Shown: in pieces, positions 46,129-56,137 of the stretch
How the letters are laid out: the number at the start of each line of letters is the position of its first letter
Numbering within the stretch: position 1 is the stretch's first letter
DNA from: Microgenomates group bacterium Gr01-1014_7
GTDB lineage: Bacteria > Patescibacteriota > Microgenomatia > Daviesbacterales > UBA10151
DNA: 64,000 bases
Assembly: GCA_007376405.1 (NCBI GenBank)
Contig: VMGD01000002.1
Location: 8,159 to 72,158, forward strand
Reading direction: 5' to 3'
The notes under the pieces: generated by a model
The model's database searches: none
Told to the model about the DNA's origin: nothing
What the model saw: only the letters and a program-made list of their open reading frames with translations
Made by a program: the position numbers and the translations under genes

Positions 46129-46386
46129 ATGTCTGTAGAATCTGTAGCAATTGATAGATTTCCAATGCCCGGTGAACCCTCAAGTGCTTATAGGGGGTGG
46201 ACTTTGGCAAGGCCTGAATTTGACTCCAGCAAAAGCGGATTAGAGCGAATAAGAAATAACCAAGCAGGAGCATTGAAGGAGTTGCGGAAACTAACGCTGA
46301 ATGACATTGGAAAGGATGTAGAACCCGCATATCCTGTGGGAAAGTCATACCATCAGGTAAAATTAGATTATCATCATTTTAATTAA
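46129..46386 (+). CDS. Hypothetical small protein
   Basis: ORF only; it is divergent from the 557-aa gene. Confidence 0.25.
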   Translation: MSVESVAIDRFPMPGEPSSAYRGWTLARPEFDSSKSGLERIRNNQAGALKELRKLTLNDIGKDVEPAYPVGKSYHQVKLDYHHFN

Positions 46387-46406
46387 TTTTTTTCGCATCC
46401 GATCCA

Positions 46407-47504
46407 TTGATTTCCCAAGGGTTTTCTGGTACATTACTTGGAAATATGATTAGCAAAAATATTATAAAACAACCAAAATCTATAGTGGAAGTGAGTGTAA
46501 CTGTTCCATGGAGTGATTTGCAGCCTAGTTGGGATCAGACTTTGCAAAAACTCTCTGCAGATGTGGAATTGCCCGGATTTAGAAAAGGTCAAGCCCCCAT
46601 TCCCATGGTGGAGCAGAACCTGGGGATGAAACTTCAGGATGAAGTTTTGAAAACTGCCATGCCTAATTTTTTAATTGAAGTGCTAAAAGGCACAGATATT
46701 ATCCCGATAGATTACCCAAAATATGATTTAATTTCTTTTGTAAAGGGTCAACAGATTCAATTTAAAGCGACCATCACCAACAGGCCGGCTGTCTCGGTGG
46801 GAAATTATAAAACTATTAAAACCGCCAGACCTGCCATAAAGCCTGTGACCGAAGAAGAAATAAATAAAGTAATTGATGATCTTTATAAAAGATGGAAGGT
46901 TAGACAGCCCCAGCCAGAGGCTGGTCGGCCTTTGGCCGGAGCAGGGTCTATCAGTTTCCAACCCACTAATGGTCAGGCCGGTGGACCTGATGACAGCTTT
47001 GCCAGAGCTATGGGTGCAACCGGGCTTGCTGATTTAAGAGAAAAAGTAAGAAAAGATTTGGAAGCTAATGTTAAGTATAATAATGAGCTAGACTTCGAGG
47101 AAGCAATTTTGCAGGAAGTGGAAAAAATTACCACGGTTGAACTCCCGGATATTTTAATTCAGGATGAGTTAAATAGGATGCTGGTATCCCTTCAGAGGCG
47201 GGTTGCTGACATGGGACTACTTTTAGAAGATTATCTAAGAGGCCAGGGGAAAACTTTGGAACAGCTCAAAAATGAATGGACCCCGCAAGCTGAAAGAAAT
47301 GTCCGGATGGAACTGGGGTTGGCGGAAATTGCCAGACAGGAAAATGTGGTAATCTCCGATAGTGAACTGCAATCCGAAGTGGACAAAATCCAGGACTCAC
47401 GAGTTAAAAAACAATTTGAAGCGCAAGAACCAAGACTGCATTTACGGCATGCATTGAGACAGACAAGAACATTAGACCTTCTAAAAAAGATGGTTGGGGG
47501 TTAA
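46407..47504 (+). CDS. tig: Trigger factor
   Basis: The N-terminal ribosome-binding domain carries GFRKGQAPIPMVEQ (GFRxGxxP signature). The C-terminal domain is helical. Confidence 0.8.
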   Translation: MISQGFSGTLLGNMISKNIIKQPKSIVEVSVTVPWSDLQPSWDQTLQKLSADVELPGFRKGQAPIPMVEQNLGMKLQDEVLKTAMPNFLIEVLKGTDIIPIDYPKYDLISFVKGQQIQFKATITNRPAVSVGNYKTIKTARPAIKPVTEEEINKVIDDLYKRWKVRQPQPEAGRPLAGAGSISFQPTNGQAGGPDDSFARAMGATGLADLREKVRKDLEANVKYNNELDFEEAILQEVEKITTVELPDILIQDELNRMLVSLQRRVADMGLLLEDYLRGQGKTLEQLKNEWTPQAERNVRMELGLAEIARQENVVISDSELQSEVDKIQDSRVKKQFEAQEPRLHLRHALRQTRTLDLLKKMVGG

Positions 47505-47834
47505 ATGGATTGTCTTTTTTGCAAAATAATTAAAAAAGAAATACCTTCAAATATTGTTGCAGAAAGCGATTCTTTAGTAGTTTTTCCGGATATAAATCCT
47601 GCGGCTGAGGTTCATCTTTTAATAGTTCCCAAAAAGCACATAGCGGGAGTTGGAGAAATTGGTGAAGAGTATGCACAGCTCCTGGTTGAAATTTTTGACA
47701 CGGTAAATATTCTGGTAAAGAAAAATGATCTGACAGATAAGTTATATAGAGTGGTGGTAAATGGGGGCAAAGCACAACATGTTCCCCATTTACATTTTCA
47801 TCTGTTAGGCGGACAATGGAAGAAATACGTTTGA
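47505..47834 (+). CDS. HIT-family (HinT-like) nucleotide hydrolase
   Basis: It has C.FCKI and the histidine triad HLHFHLLGG. Confidence 0.85.
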   Translation: MDCLFCKIIKKEIPSNIVAESDSLVVFPDINPAAEVHLLIVPKKHIAGVGEIGEEYAQLLVEIFDTVNILVKKNDLTDKLYRVVVNGGKAQHVPHLHFHLLGGQWKKYV

Positions 47835-47870
47835 CTGTGTAAGTAAAGATTTAAAGGAGGTGTTTTTTGA

Positions 47871-48068
47871 TTGAGTATTATAGTGAAAGCAGGTCCGGGT
47901 GACAGCACGGATTCTGTGATCAGGAAATTTCAAAAAAAGGTTGTTGCAGAAGGTTTGGTTCAGGAAATTAGGGATCGGTCTGTATATCGAAAACCTTCAC
48001 AGCTTCGCCAGGAGTATCTGGCTGAAAAGCGCAGAAAAATAATGAGGGCCAAAAGATATAGCGGCTAA
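47871..48068 (+). CDS. rpsU: 30S ribosomal protein S21
   Basis: The sequence ...ESIDSVIRKFQKKV...YRKPSQLRQEYLAEKRRK is typical of bS21, and a strong RBS (aaggagg) lies upstream. Confidence 0.8.
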   Translation: MSIIVKAGPGDSTDSVIRKFQKKVVAEGLVQEIRDRSVYRKPSQLRQEYLAEKRRKIMRAKRYSG

Positions 48069-48070
48069 AT

Positions 48071-48511
48071 ATGTTAGACCAGATACAAGAAGATTTAAAA
48101 CAGGCCCAGCTGGCAAGAGACGGGGTAAAAGTTTCTACTTTAAGACTTCTTTTGTCAGAGATTAAGAATGCAGAGATTCAAAAGGGTGGGCCTCTGTCGG
48201 ATGAAGATATAGTTTCTGTAACCCAGAGGGAAGTTAAAAAAAGAAAAGAAGCGGCAGCAGGTTTCAGGCAGGGGGGAAGAGAAGAGCAAGCTCAAAAAGA
48301 AGAAGCGGAATTAAAAATTCTGGAAGGCTATTTACCCGCTCAGATTTCAGATGAGGAGTTGATAGGAGTAGTTTCGCAGGCTATAACAGAAGTAGGGGCT
48401 AGCTCTTTGGCAGATATGGGTAAGGTGATGGGAGCAGTAATGGGGAAGGTTCAAGGCCGGGCCGATGGGATAAGAGTAAGTAATATAGTTAAAGAAAAAT
48501 TATCTCAATAA
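48071..48511 (+). CDS. yqeY: GatB/YqeY-domain protein
   Basis: It follows the YqeY pattern LKQAQLARDGVKVSTLRLLLSEIKNAEI.... Confidence 0.8.
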   Translation: MLDQIQEDLKQAQLARDGVKVSTLRLLLSEIKNAEIQKGGPLSDEDIVSVTQREVKKRKEAAAGFRQGGREEQAQKEEAELKILEGYLPAQISDEELIGVVSQAITEVGASSLADMGKVMGAVMGKVQGRADGIRVSNIVKEKLSQ

Positions 48512-48514
48512 TTT

Positions 48515-48925
48515 ATGATTAATATTATTGTAAGTTCAGATCCAAGATATAACGTTAATAAAACTGCTATAAAAGAGGCTGTTTTCTGGGTTTTACAAAG
48601 GCATAGAATCGGCGGAAAAGTTGAAGTAGGAATCAATGTTGTTGGTGATCGGAAAATGCACGAACTCAACAAAAAATACCGGGGCATTGACTATACCACA
48701 GATATTTTATCCTTTGCTTTGGAGGATGCCAGTCAGGCCAGTTTGCAGCATATCCCCAGGATCGGTTTTGTGGCAGCGCCAGATAAATGGTTGCGACTGG
48801 GTGATATTGTTATTTCTTATCCCCAGGCTTTGGAGGATGCTTCAATGGATGGAATATCTGTTGATGAGGAAATTAGAAGCCTGGTTGAACATGGCGTGAA
48901 TCATTTATTAGGAATTCATCATTAA
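48515..48925 (+). CDS. ybeY: Endoribonuclease YbeY (rRNA maturation factor)
   Basis: The H3xH5xH motif VEHGVNHLLGIHH is present. Confidence 0.8.
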   Translation: MINIIVSSDPRYNVNKTAIKEAVFWVLQRHRIGGKVEVGINVVGDRKMHELNKKYRGIDYTTDILSFALEDASQASLQHIPRIGFVAAPDKWLRLGDIVISYPQALEDASMDGISVDEEIRSLVEHGVNHLLGIHH

Positions 48926-50473
48926 ATGCATATTGCCTTTTATTTAAAGTATCGTCCGCAAAACTTAGATGACCTGATTGGTCAGGAAGCTGTAAAAAGA
49001 ATACTTCTTTCCGCTTTTGTCAGCAAAAAATTATCTCATGCTTATCTTTTTGTTGGTCCCAGAGGAACAGGTAAAACTTCAACAGCCAGGATTTTGGCAA
49101 AAATGGTAAATTGTGAGGATAAAAACCCTCCATGCAATAAATGTGAAATATGCATATCAATTACAGACGGTTCGAACCTTGATCTAATTGAAATAGATGC
49201 TGCATCCAATAGAGGAATTGAAGATATAAGAGCGCTGCGGGAGAAAGTAAAATTATCACCAAGCGCTTCACGCAAAAAAGTTTATATCATTGATGAAGCT
49301 CATATGCTTACAACAGAGGCTTTTAATGCTCTTTTAAAAACTTTGGAAGAGCCGCCCGGTCACGCTCTTTTTATTTTGGCAACTACAGAAGTGGGAAAAA
49401 TGCCGCAGACAATTCTTTCCCGGGTTCAAAGACTGGATTTTAAGTTGGCTAGAGCAACAGAACTTTTACAAACACTTAAAAAAATTACCGAAGCGGAAAA
49501 AATTGATATTGACGGCGAAGCGCTAAATTTGCTGGTTAAAAAAAGTGACGGTTCATTTAGAGACGGAGTTAAACTGCTAGATCAGACAGCATCACTTCTT
49601 AAAGGAAAAATAACAGCTAAAATTTTAGAAGAAAGCTTAAAATTATCTCAATTTGATGATATTTTGGATTTAACAAAAGCTATTGTAGATAAAAATACTA
49701 ACAAGGGTTTGTTAAATATGGCAAAACAGCTGGAACATGGAGTAGAAGTTAAGGAACTGGTGTTTTCCCTGATGGATACTTTAAGAAATTTAATGCTTAT
49801 TAAAAACGGTTTGGGTGAACAGCTGGTAAAACCCGGTTTAACAGAAGATAAATATGATCAGCTGGTAGCGCTTTCTGAAGGTATTTCTAATCAGTATTTA
49901 ATTAAAAGTCTGGATATTTTGCAAACCGGTTTGGAGCAATTAAAATATGCCTCAATTTCGTCACTACCGCTTGAATTGGCAGTGGTGGAAATGACACAGG
50001 GTGTCATCCTGAATCCGCCAAAGGCGGATGAAGGATCTCTGACGGATGTCAGTCTCCACTCAAAGAAGTTGAGAGATTCTTCACCGGCAGAGCCGGTTCA
50101 GAATGACAAGTCCGGTGACTTGTCAGATTTGTCCAAAATCAAAGAAAAATGGACTTTTGTTTTGGAAACTATCCGGCCATATAATTTTTCATTGGAAGCT
50201 TTGCTTCGGGCTATTAGTATAAGGGAATGTACTGATACTCAGGTTATCATGGAAGTACCATATTCTTTTCATCAAAGAATTTTGGAAGCCCCGAAAAACC
50301 GTGATCTTTTGGAATCAATTCTTTCCGATATTTTAGGAAGAAGTATTCATGTTGCTACTATTTTGGGGAATAGACCCCAAAGAAAAGAGGACATTGTAAA
50401 TATAGAAGTGGCAGCAGATGATGAAATAATTCGCGCCGCAGCAGAAATCTTTAATTCCGACTCCGTAAATTAG
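48926..50473 (+). CDS. dnaX: DNA polymerase III subunit gamma/tau
   Basis: It has Walker A LFVGPRGTGKTSTARILAK, the zinc module CNKCEIC, and the SRVQRLDF sensor. Confidence 0.85.
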   Translation: MHIAFYLKYRPQNLDDLIGQEAVKRILLSAFVSKKLSHAYLFVGPRGTGKTSTARILAKMVNCEDKNPPCNKCEICISITDGSNLDLIEIDAASNRGIEDIRALREKVKLSPSASRKKVYIIDEAHMLTTEAFNALLKTLEEPPGHALFILATTEVGKMPQTILSRVQRLDFKLARATELLQTLKKITEAEKIDIDGEALNLLVKKSDGSFRDGVKLLDQTASLLKGKITAKILEESLKLSQFDDILDLTKAIVDKNTNKGLLNMAKQLEHGVEVKELVFSLMDTLRNLMLIKNGLGEQLVKPGLTEDKYDQLVALSEGISNQYLIKSLDILQTGLEQLKYASISSLPLELAVVEMTQGVILNPPKADEGSLTDVSLHSKKLRDSSPAEPVQNDKSGDLSDLSKIKEKWTFVLETIRPYNFSLEALLRAISIRECTDTQVIMEVPYSFHQRILEAPKNRDLLESILSDILGRSIHVATILGNRPQRKEDIVNIEVAADDEIIRAAAEIFNSDSVN

Positions 50474-50568
50474 TTACTTGACTCTTAACGCTTGACTCTG
50501 TAATCTTTACTCCTAAACCCAAAATAATATTTTGGGTTCAAGGTTATCCGCCGGAGGCGGATGTTCTT

Positions 50569-51858
50569 ATGTCATCAAGAGTTTTCAAATTAATCTCGGA
50601 AGAAGCACACAGACAAAAGTATGGACTGGAAATGATACCTTCTGAAAACTATACATCTGAAGATGTGATGAAGGCCATGGGATCAATTTTAACTAACAAA
50701 TACTCCGAAGGTTTTCCCAAAGCAAGATATTATGGAGGTAATCAGGTAATAGATAAAATTGAAATTTATGCTCAAGATTTGGCAAATAAAGTTTTTGGTA
50801 CCGCTCATGCAATAGTCCAGCCATATTCTGGTTCGCCTGCTAATTTTGCAATAACTTTGGCTTTAGTTAAACCCGGTGAGACCTTGATGGGACAAGCACT
50901 TCCTATGGGAGGGCACCTAACTCATGGTGCACCAGCATCATATACAGGGAAACTTTTTAACAGTGTTCAATATGGTGTTGGAAAAGATTGGAAAATTGAT
51001 ATGGAGGAGGTAAGGGCTTTGGCAAAAAAACATAAGCCAAAATTAATTTGGGTGGGAACCACAGCATACATGTTTATCTTGGATTATAAAGGCTTTGCAA
51101 AAATTGCCGAAGAGGTAGGAGCTTATCTTGTTGCAGATATAGCTCATGTTTCGGGACTTATTGCAGGAGGTGTACACCCCTCACCTGTCCCATATGTTGA
51201 TATAGTAATGACTACAACCCATAAAACTTTGCGCGGTCCAAGAGGAGCTATAATTTTGGTAACCAAAAAAGGATTAAAAAAAGATCCGGAGCTTCCACAA
51301 AAATTAGAAAAGGCAGTTTTCCCAGGACTTCAAGGAGGGCCCCATGATCATCAGACTGCAGCAATAGCAGTTTGTCTTGAGGAAGTTTTAGAACCTTCTT
51401 TTAAAAAGTATGCGGAGCAGATTGTAAAAAATGCCAAAGTTTTAGCTAATAAGTTAGGGACTAAAACATACACACATCTAATACTTCTTAGTTTAGAAGA
51501 TTATGGTTTCGGAATGGGTTATCAGGCCCAATATGCCCTAGAGGAAGCGGGTATAACTATTAATAAAAATACTATTCCTGGAGAACCGGCATCTGCTTTT
51601 TATCCGTCAGGTATAAGACTGGGGACACCGGCCCTAACAACCAGGGGAATGAGAGAAAAAGACATGATAAAAATTGCCGGATGGATCAAAAGGGTGCTGG
51701 AAGAAATAAGAGGATTGGATTTGCCAAAAGAGCAAGAAAAAAGAAAAGATTTCTTAAAAGAAGTTAAAGGCAAATTGCGTAAAAATAAAAACCTTAAACT
51801 CATAAGAAAAGACGTGGAAAAGTTTGCTGGAAAATTCCCGGTACCGGGGATAGATTAA
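50569..51858 (+). CDS. glyA: Serine hydroxymethyltransferase
   Basis: It has GGHLTHGAP and TTTHKTLRGPRGAII (PLP Lys). Confidence 0.9.
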   Translation: MSSRVFKLISEEAHRQKYGLEMIPSENYTSEDVMKAMGSILTNKYSEGFPKARYYGGNQVIDKIEIYAQDLANKVFGTAHAIVQPYSGSPANFAITLALVKPGETLMGQALPMGGHLTHGAPASYTGKLFNSVQYGVGKDWKIDMEEVRALAKKHKPKLIWVGTTAYMFILDYKGFAKIAEEVGAYLVADIAHVSGLIAGGVHPSPVPYVDIVMTTTHKTLRGPRGAIILVTKKGLKKDPELPQKLEKAVFPGLQGGPHDHQTAAIAVCLEEVLEPSFKKYAEQIVKNAKVLANKLGTKTYTHLILLSLEDYGFGMGYQAQYALEEAGITINKNTIPGEPASAFYPSGIRLGTPALTTRGMREKDMIKIAGWIKRVLEEIRGLDLPKEQEKRKDFLKEVKGKLRKNKNLKLIRKDVEKFAGKFPVPGID

Positions 51859-51863
51859 AAACA

Positions 51864-52667
51864 ATGAAAGTATCCGGCAAAGAAGTTGCAGAAGCTATAC
51901 TTAAAAAATTAGAAAAAAGTATCAAGTCTAAAAACCTCAAGCCGAAATTGGCCATAATTTTGGCAGGAAATAATCCCTCTTCCAGAATTTATGTTAGCAA
52001 TAAAATAAAAACAGCAAAGCAATATGGAATAGAAGCTAAGCTTTTTGAGTTTTCAAAAAGTGAAAAACAGAAACTATTAAAAACTCTTGATAAATTAAAT
52101 AAAGACCCAAAAGTTCATGGAATAATTATTCAATACCAGGTATATGAGCCTTGGAATTTTGATGAATTAATTGCAAAAATCAATCCCCAAAAAGATGTGG
52201 ATGGTTTCCTGGAAACAGCTCCTTATAGCGGAGCTGCGGCACTGGCTGTTTGGGAAATGTTAACTGCTTTTTCTTTATTGGAAGGATTTAAAAAAACAGA
52301 AAATTTTTTAAAGGGCAAAAAAATTGTTATTTTGGGGAGAGGTCGGGCAGCGGGAATGCCAACCATAAAGCTTTTGGCTAATAAAGGATTTAAAATTATC
52401 TCTATAGATAAAGACACAAAAAATCCAACACCAAAAATTAAAAGTGGCGATGTTATTATTTCTGCAACAGGGGTAAAAAATATTATAAATAATACAAATC
52501 TGAAGAAAGGATCATATGTGGTGGGGGTTGGATTCGGAGATCTTAATGAGGAAGAAGTTTCAAAAATTGCTAAGCTTTATAATCCAAATATTGGGGGTAT
52601 CGGTCCTTTAACAATTGCCTGTTTGCTTAAAAATGTAGTAGAATCAGCGAAAGGAGTGGGAAACTAA
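51864..52667 (+). CDS. folD: Bifunctional methylene-THF dehydrogenase/cyclohydrolase
   Basis: It has PKLAIILAGNNPSSRIYVSNKIK, HGIIIQYQV and QKDVDGF. Confidence 0.75.
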   Translation: MKVSGKEVAEAILKKLEKSIKSKNLKPKLAIILAGNNPSSRIYVSNKIKTAKQYGIEAKLFEFSKSEKQKLLKTLDKLNKDPKVHGIIIQYQVYEPWNFDELIAKINPQKDVDGFLETAPYSGAAALAVWEMLTAFSLLEGFKKTENFLKGKKIVILGRGRAAGMPTIKLLANKGFKIISIDKDTKNPTPKIKSGDVIISATGVKNIINNTNLKKGSYVVGVGFGDLNEEEVSKIAKLYNPNIGGIGPLTIACLLKNVVESAKGVGN

Positions 52668-52669
52668 GC

Positions 52670-52942
52670 ATGGGTTTAATGGATAATATAAAACAGCTGG
52701 GTGATCTTAAGAAAATGAGAGATCAGGCAATGGAGTTGCAAAAAAAGCTTGCAGAAATAAAAATTACTGTTGAGCATCAGGGAGTAACGGTTGTGATGAC
52801 AGCTGACCAAAAAGTTGTATCCATAATAGGAGAACCGGATTTGCAAAAAGTTGCTCATGCAGTCAATGAAGCATTAAAGCAAGCCCAAAAAGTAGCTGCC
52901 GAAGAAATGCGCCCAATGATGGGCGGTATGGGTCTTTCCTGA
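52670..52942 (+). CDS. ybaB: Nucleoid-associated protein YbaB/EbfC
   Basis: It has the pattern MGLMDNIKQLGDLKKMRDQAMELQKKL...GVTVVMTADQKVVSI, and it lies upstream of recR as usual. Confidence 0.8.
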   Translation: MGLMDNIKQLGDLKKMRDQAMELQKKLAEIKITVEHQGVTVVMTADQKVVSIIGEPDLQKVAHAVNEALKQAQKVAAEEMRPMMGGMGLS

Positions 52943-53538
52943 TGGCTACGGTCCCTAAACCTGTACAAAATTTAATTGAGGCGTTTGAGAGATTGCCGGG
53001 GATTGGCCCTAAAACCGCGCAAAGGTTAACTTATTATCTCTTGCATGCTCCAAAGGAAGAAGCGCAAATTCTCGCTAAAGCCGCAGTGGAAATGAGGGAG
53101 AAAACCGTTATTTGCAAAACATGTTTTAATATTGGTGAAGCAGATCCCTGTCAAGTTTGTGAGGATTCTGCCCGTGACCTGTCAGTAATTGCCATAGTTG
53201 AAGATCCGCTGGATGTAATGGCTTTGGAAAAGGCAAATTATAAAGGGTTGTATCATGTGTTGCACGGAGTAATTGCTCCTCTGGAAAATATCGGACCGGA
53301 TGAAATTCATATAAAAGAATTACTTCCTAGACTAAGAAACGGAAAAGTTAAGGAAATTATTTTGGCAACCAATCCAACCATGGAAGGAGAGGCAACTGCC
53401 ATGTATATTCAAAGGTTAATCTCTACGCTCGGGATAAAAATTACCAGAATTGCCAGGGGGCTACCTGTTGGATCGGATTTGGAATATGCCGATGAGACAA
53501 CACTATCCAGGGCATTGGAGGGTAGGAAAGAATACTAA
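52942..53538 (+). CDS. recR: Recombination protein RecR
   Basis: It has HhH (LPGIGPKTAQRL), the C4 zinc finger CKTCFNIGEADPCQVC, and Toprim. Confidence 0.9.
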   Translation: MATVPKPVQNLIEAFERLPGIGPKTAQRLTYYLLHAPKEEAQILAKAAVEMREKTVICKTCFNIGEADPCQVCEDSARDLSVIAIVEDPLDVMALEKANYKGLYHVLHGVIAPLENIGPDEIHIKELLPRLRNGKVKEIILATNPTMEGEATAMYIQRLISTLGIKITRIARGLPVGSDLEYADETTLSRALEGRKEY

Positions 53539-53570
53539 ATTTTAGGATATAAAAATGTTACTATATAAGC

Positions 53571-54005
53571 ATGGCTGATGGGGGAAGCGGAATAAAACAA
53601 TTTAGTGAGGAGACAGAATCTGCTGTTGTAGAGGTGGCAAAAGAGGTTAAAGATACGGTTGGTGAAATGATAGAACAGGGAGTGCAGTCTGTTGCCGGAC
53701 CTCAATTAACAGCTCAATCCTTCGACTCCGCTCAGGACAAGCAAAAAAAACAGCAGGAAGATCAGAAAAAAATAGCGGAAGCAAGAAGGGTTATAAATTT
53801 TTATAAAAAAACTGAAGAAGATTTAAGAAAAGTAAGAGAGCAGAAAAAGCAGGAAGAAACGCAAATTCAGCAAGCCGGAAAGCAGGAAGAACAAACTAAA
53901 AAAGAGGAAAAGTTCCAGCAGAAAACCGTAAGCAAGCAGCGATTAAGTGAGGATATTGCCAGGTCCAGAGCCGAAATTGGAAAAGGACACGGGATTGGAG
54001 GATAA
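53571..54005 (+). CDS. Hypothetical K/E/Q-rich low-complexity protein
   Basis: ORF with a charged coiled-coil-like composition. Confidence 0.3.
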   Translation: MADGGSGIKQFSEETESAVVEVAKEVKDTVGEMIEQGVQSVAGPQLTAQSFDSAQDKQKKQQEDQKKIAEARRVINFYKKTEEDLRKVREQKKQEETQIQQAGKQEEQTKKEEKFQQKTVSKQRLSEDIARSRAEIGKGHGIGG

Positions 54006-54070
54006 TAGATAATTTTCAAACATTAAAACATTGAACAAATGAAAATTCATTGTAAATTGAAAATTAAAAA

Positions 54071-55468
54071 TTGAAAATTATGCTAAGAATATACAATACA
54101 CTCACTCGTAAGATAGAGGAGTTTAAACTAATTAACCCCCCTATTGCAACCCTTTATACCTGTGGACCCACTGTTTATGACTATACCCATATTGGACACC
54201 TCCGCACTTATGTTGGCAATGATATTTTAAGAAGAGTTTTGGAGACAAATGACTTTGAAGTAAAACACGTCATGAATATTACCGATGTTGGACACCTCAC
54301 ATCTGATGAAGATGCAGGTGAAGATAAAATGGAAGAAGGCGCCAGGCAGTCCGGCAGAACTGTTTGGGAAGTGGCAAAGTTTTTTGAAGATCATTTTTGG
54401 AAATCGGTTGAGACAGTAAATATTGAAAGACCCAGTATTGTTGCCAAAGCAACAGATCATATTGAAGAGCAAATAAAATTAATTAAAAAACTGGAAAAAA
54501 ACGGCTTTATCTATATTACTGATCAGGCCATTTATTTTGATATTTCTAAGTTTCCCAACTACACCAAATTATCCGGACAAAGCTTGGATGATAAATCTAT
54601 TGGCGTAAGAACGGATGTGGTGATAGATAAACAAAAAAGAAGTCCAGTGGATTTTGCCCTATGGTTTTTTACTGTTGGGCATTTTGCAGATCATGTAATG
54701 AAGTGGTCATCTCCCTGGGGCGGCGGTTTTCCCGGCTGGCATATTGAATGTTCTGCTATGGCCATGGAATATCTTGGAGATACTATAGACATTCACACAG
54801 GAGGAATAGACCATATCTCTGTTCATCACACTAATGAAATTGCACAATCAGAGGCAGCATCAGGAAAACAGTTTGTAAGGTTTTGGGTTCATCATGAATT
54901 TTTACTGGTAAACGGCGAAAAAATGTCCAAGTCAAAAAAGAATTTTTATAGAATAGATGAAGTGACTGCGAAGGGCTTTGATCCGCTGGCTCTGCGGTAT
55001 TTGTTTTTAACAGCACATTACAGAGATAAGCTCAATTTTACCTGGGAATCTTTGCAAGCAGCGCAGAACGCTTTAAGCAATCTTAGACAGATTGTAAGAG
55101 ATTGGGAAGAACCAAAAATTGGGTGTGCACAGTTTGAACAGGATTTTATGGCTAGTATCAATAATGATTTAAATTTACCCCAGGCAGTAGCAGTTATGTG
55201 GGATTTAATAAAATCAGATTATCCAACATCTGCAAAAGCAAAAACACTTCTAATAATGGATAAAGTTCTGGGTTTGAATTTGGAAGAAATCTTAGGAAAA
55301 CCTGTTGAAATTCCATCAAGGGTGAAAAAATTAATAGAGCAGCGGGAAACTGCCCGAAAATCCGGCGACTTTAAAAAATCAGATAAACTAAGAAAAGAAA
55401 TTAAAAAAATGGGTTTTTTGATTGAGGATGCTCCCTCTGGACCAAAGGCAAGGGCAGTGGTAAACTAG
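54071..55468 (+). CDS. cysS: Cysteinyl-tRNA synthetase
   Basis: It has HIGH ([13 protein letters not shown]), KMSKS and the zinc-binding C..C/H.E. Confidence 0.9.
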   Translation: MKIMLRIYNTLTRKIEEFKLINPPIATLYTCGPTVYDYTHIGHLRTYVGNDILRRVLETNDFEVKHVMNITDVGHLTSDEDAGEDKMEEGARQSGRTVWEVAKFFEDHFWKSVETVNIERPSIVAKATDHIEEQIKLIKKLEKNGFIYITDQAIYFDISKFPNYTKLSGQSLDDKSIGVRTDVVIDKQKRSPVDFALWFFTVGHFADHVMKWSSPWGGGFPGWHIECSAMAMEYLGDTIDIHTGGIDHISVHHTNEIAQSEAASGKQFVRFWVHHEFLLVNGEKMSKSKKNFYRIDEVTAKGFDPLALRYLFLTAHYRDKLNFTWESLQAAQNALSNLRQIVRDWEEPKIGCAQFEQDFMASINNDLNLPQAVAVMWDLIKSDYPTSAKAKTLLIMDKVLGLNLEEILGKPVEIPSRVKKLIEQRETARKSGDFKKSDKLRKEIKKMGFLIEDAPSGPKARAVVN

Positions 55469-55474
55469 TAGTTT

Positions 55475-56137
55475 GTGGGAACAGAAGTTATAACTATTGA
55501 TGGTCCGACATCTTCCGGCAAAAACAGTGTCGGATTTTTGTTGGCCAAAAAATTAGGTTATCAATATATTGATTCAGGCTCAATCTACCGGGCCGGTTGT
55601 ATTTTCATCTTAAGAAAAAAATTACACTTAGATAATATTGCAGGTTTGGTGAAAGTTTATAAGAATTTAGCTATAGAAGTTAAAGCATACGATCATATTC
55701 AGCGTTTTTTTGCCAATGGCGAAGATGTAACAGAGATTTTACATTCTCAAGATGTCACAAAAATAGTTTCTCAAGTCTCTGCAATAAGAGAAGTCCGGGA
55801 AGCAACTAAAGTTATACAGAGAAGTTTAACCAAAGATAAAAATATGATTATGACAGGAAGAGATATTGGCTCTGAAATTTTTCCCGATGCAAAATATGAA
55901 TTTTTCTTGACAGCTGCAACTGAAATAAGAGCTAAAAGACGCTTTGATCAGTTGCATCAAAAAGATTCATCGGTAAAATATGAAGAAGTACTCTCGAGTA
56001 TGATTGAGAGGGATAAACGTGATTCCACAAGGGAAGTATCTCCCTTGCGAATACCAGAGGGCGCGGTTGTAATTGATAACTCCAATTTAACGGTTGAACA
56101 AACCGTAGATGAGATGTTAAAACACATCAATGCATAA
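55475..56137 (+). CDS. cmk: Cytidylate kinase
   Basis: It has the P-loop ITIDGPTSSGKNSV and the IDSGSIYR motif. Confidence 0.85.
   Translation: MGTEVITIDGPTSSGKNSVGFLLAKKLGYQYIDSGSIYRAGCIFILRKKLHLDNIAGLVKVYKNLAIEVKAYDHIQRFFANGEDVTEILHSQDVTKIVSQVSAIREVREATKVIQRSLTKDKNMIMTGRDIGSEIFPDAKYEFFLTAATEIRAKRRFDQLHQKDSSVKYEEVLSSMIERDKRDSTREVSPLRIPEGAVVIDNSNLTVEQTVDEMLKHINA

Noticed and set aside
54006-54075. Repeated attgaaaatt units upstream of cysS, considered as a regulatory repeat or T-box.
   Set aside because: It is only a low-complexity AT-rich repeat. There is no T-box specifier or antiterminator structure, and cysS has its own RBS immediately after.
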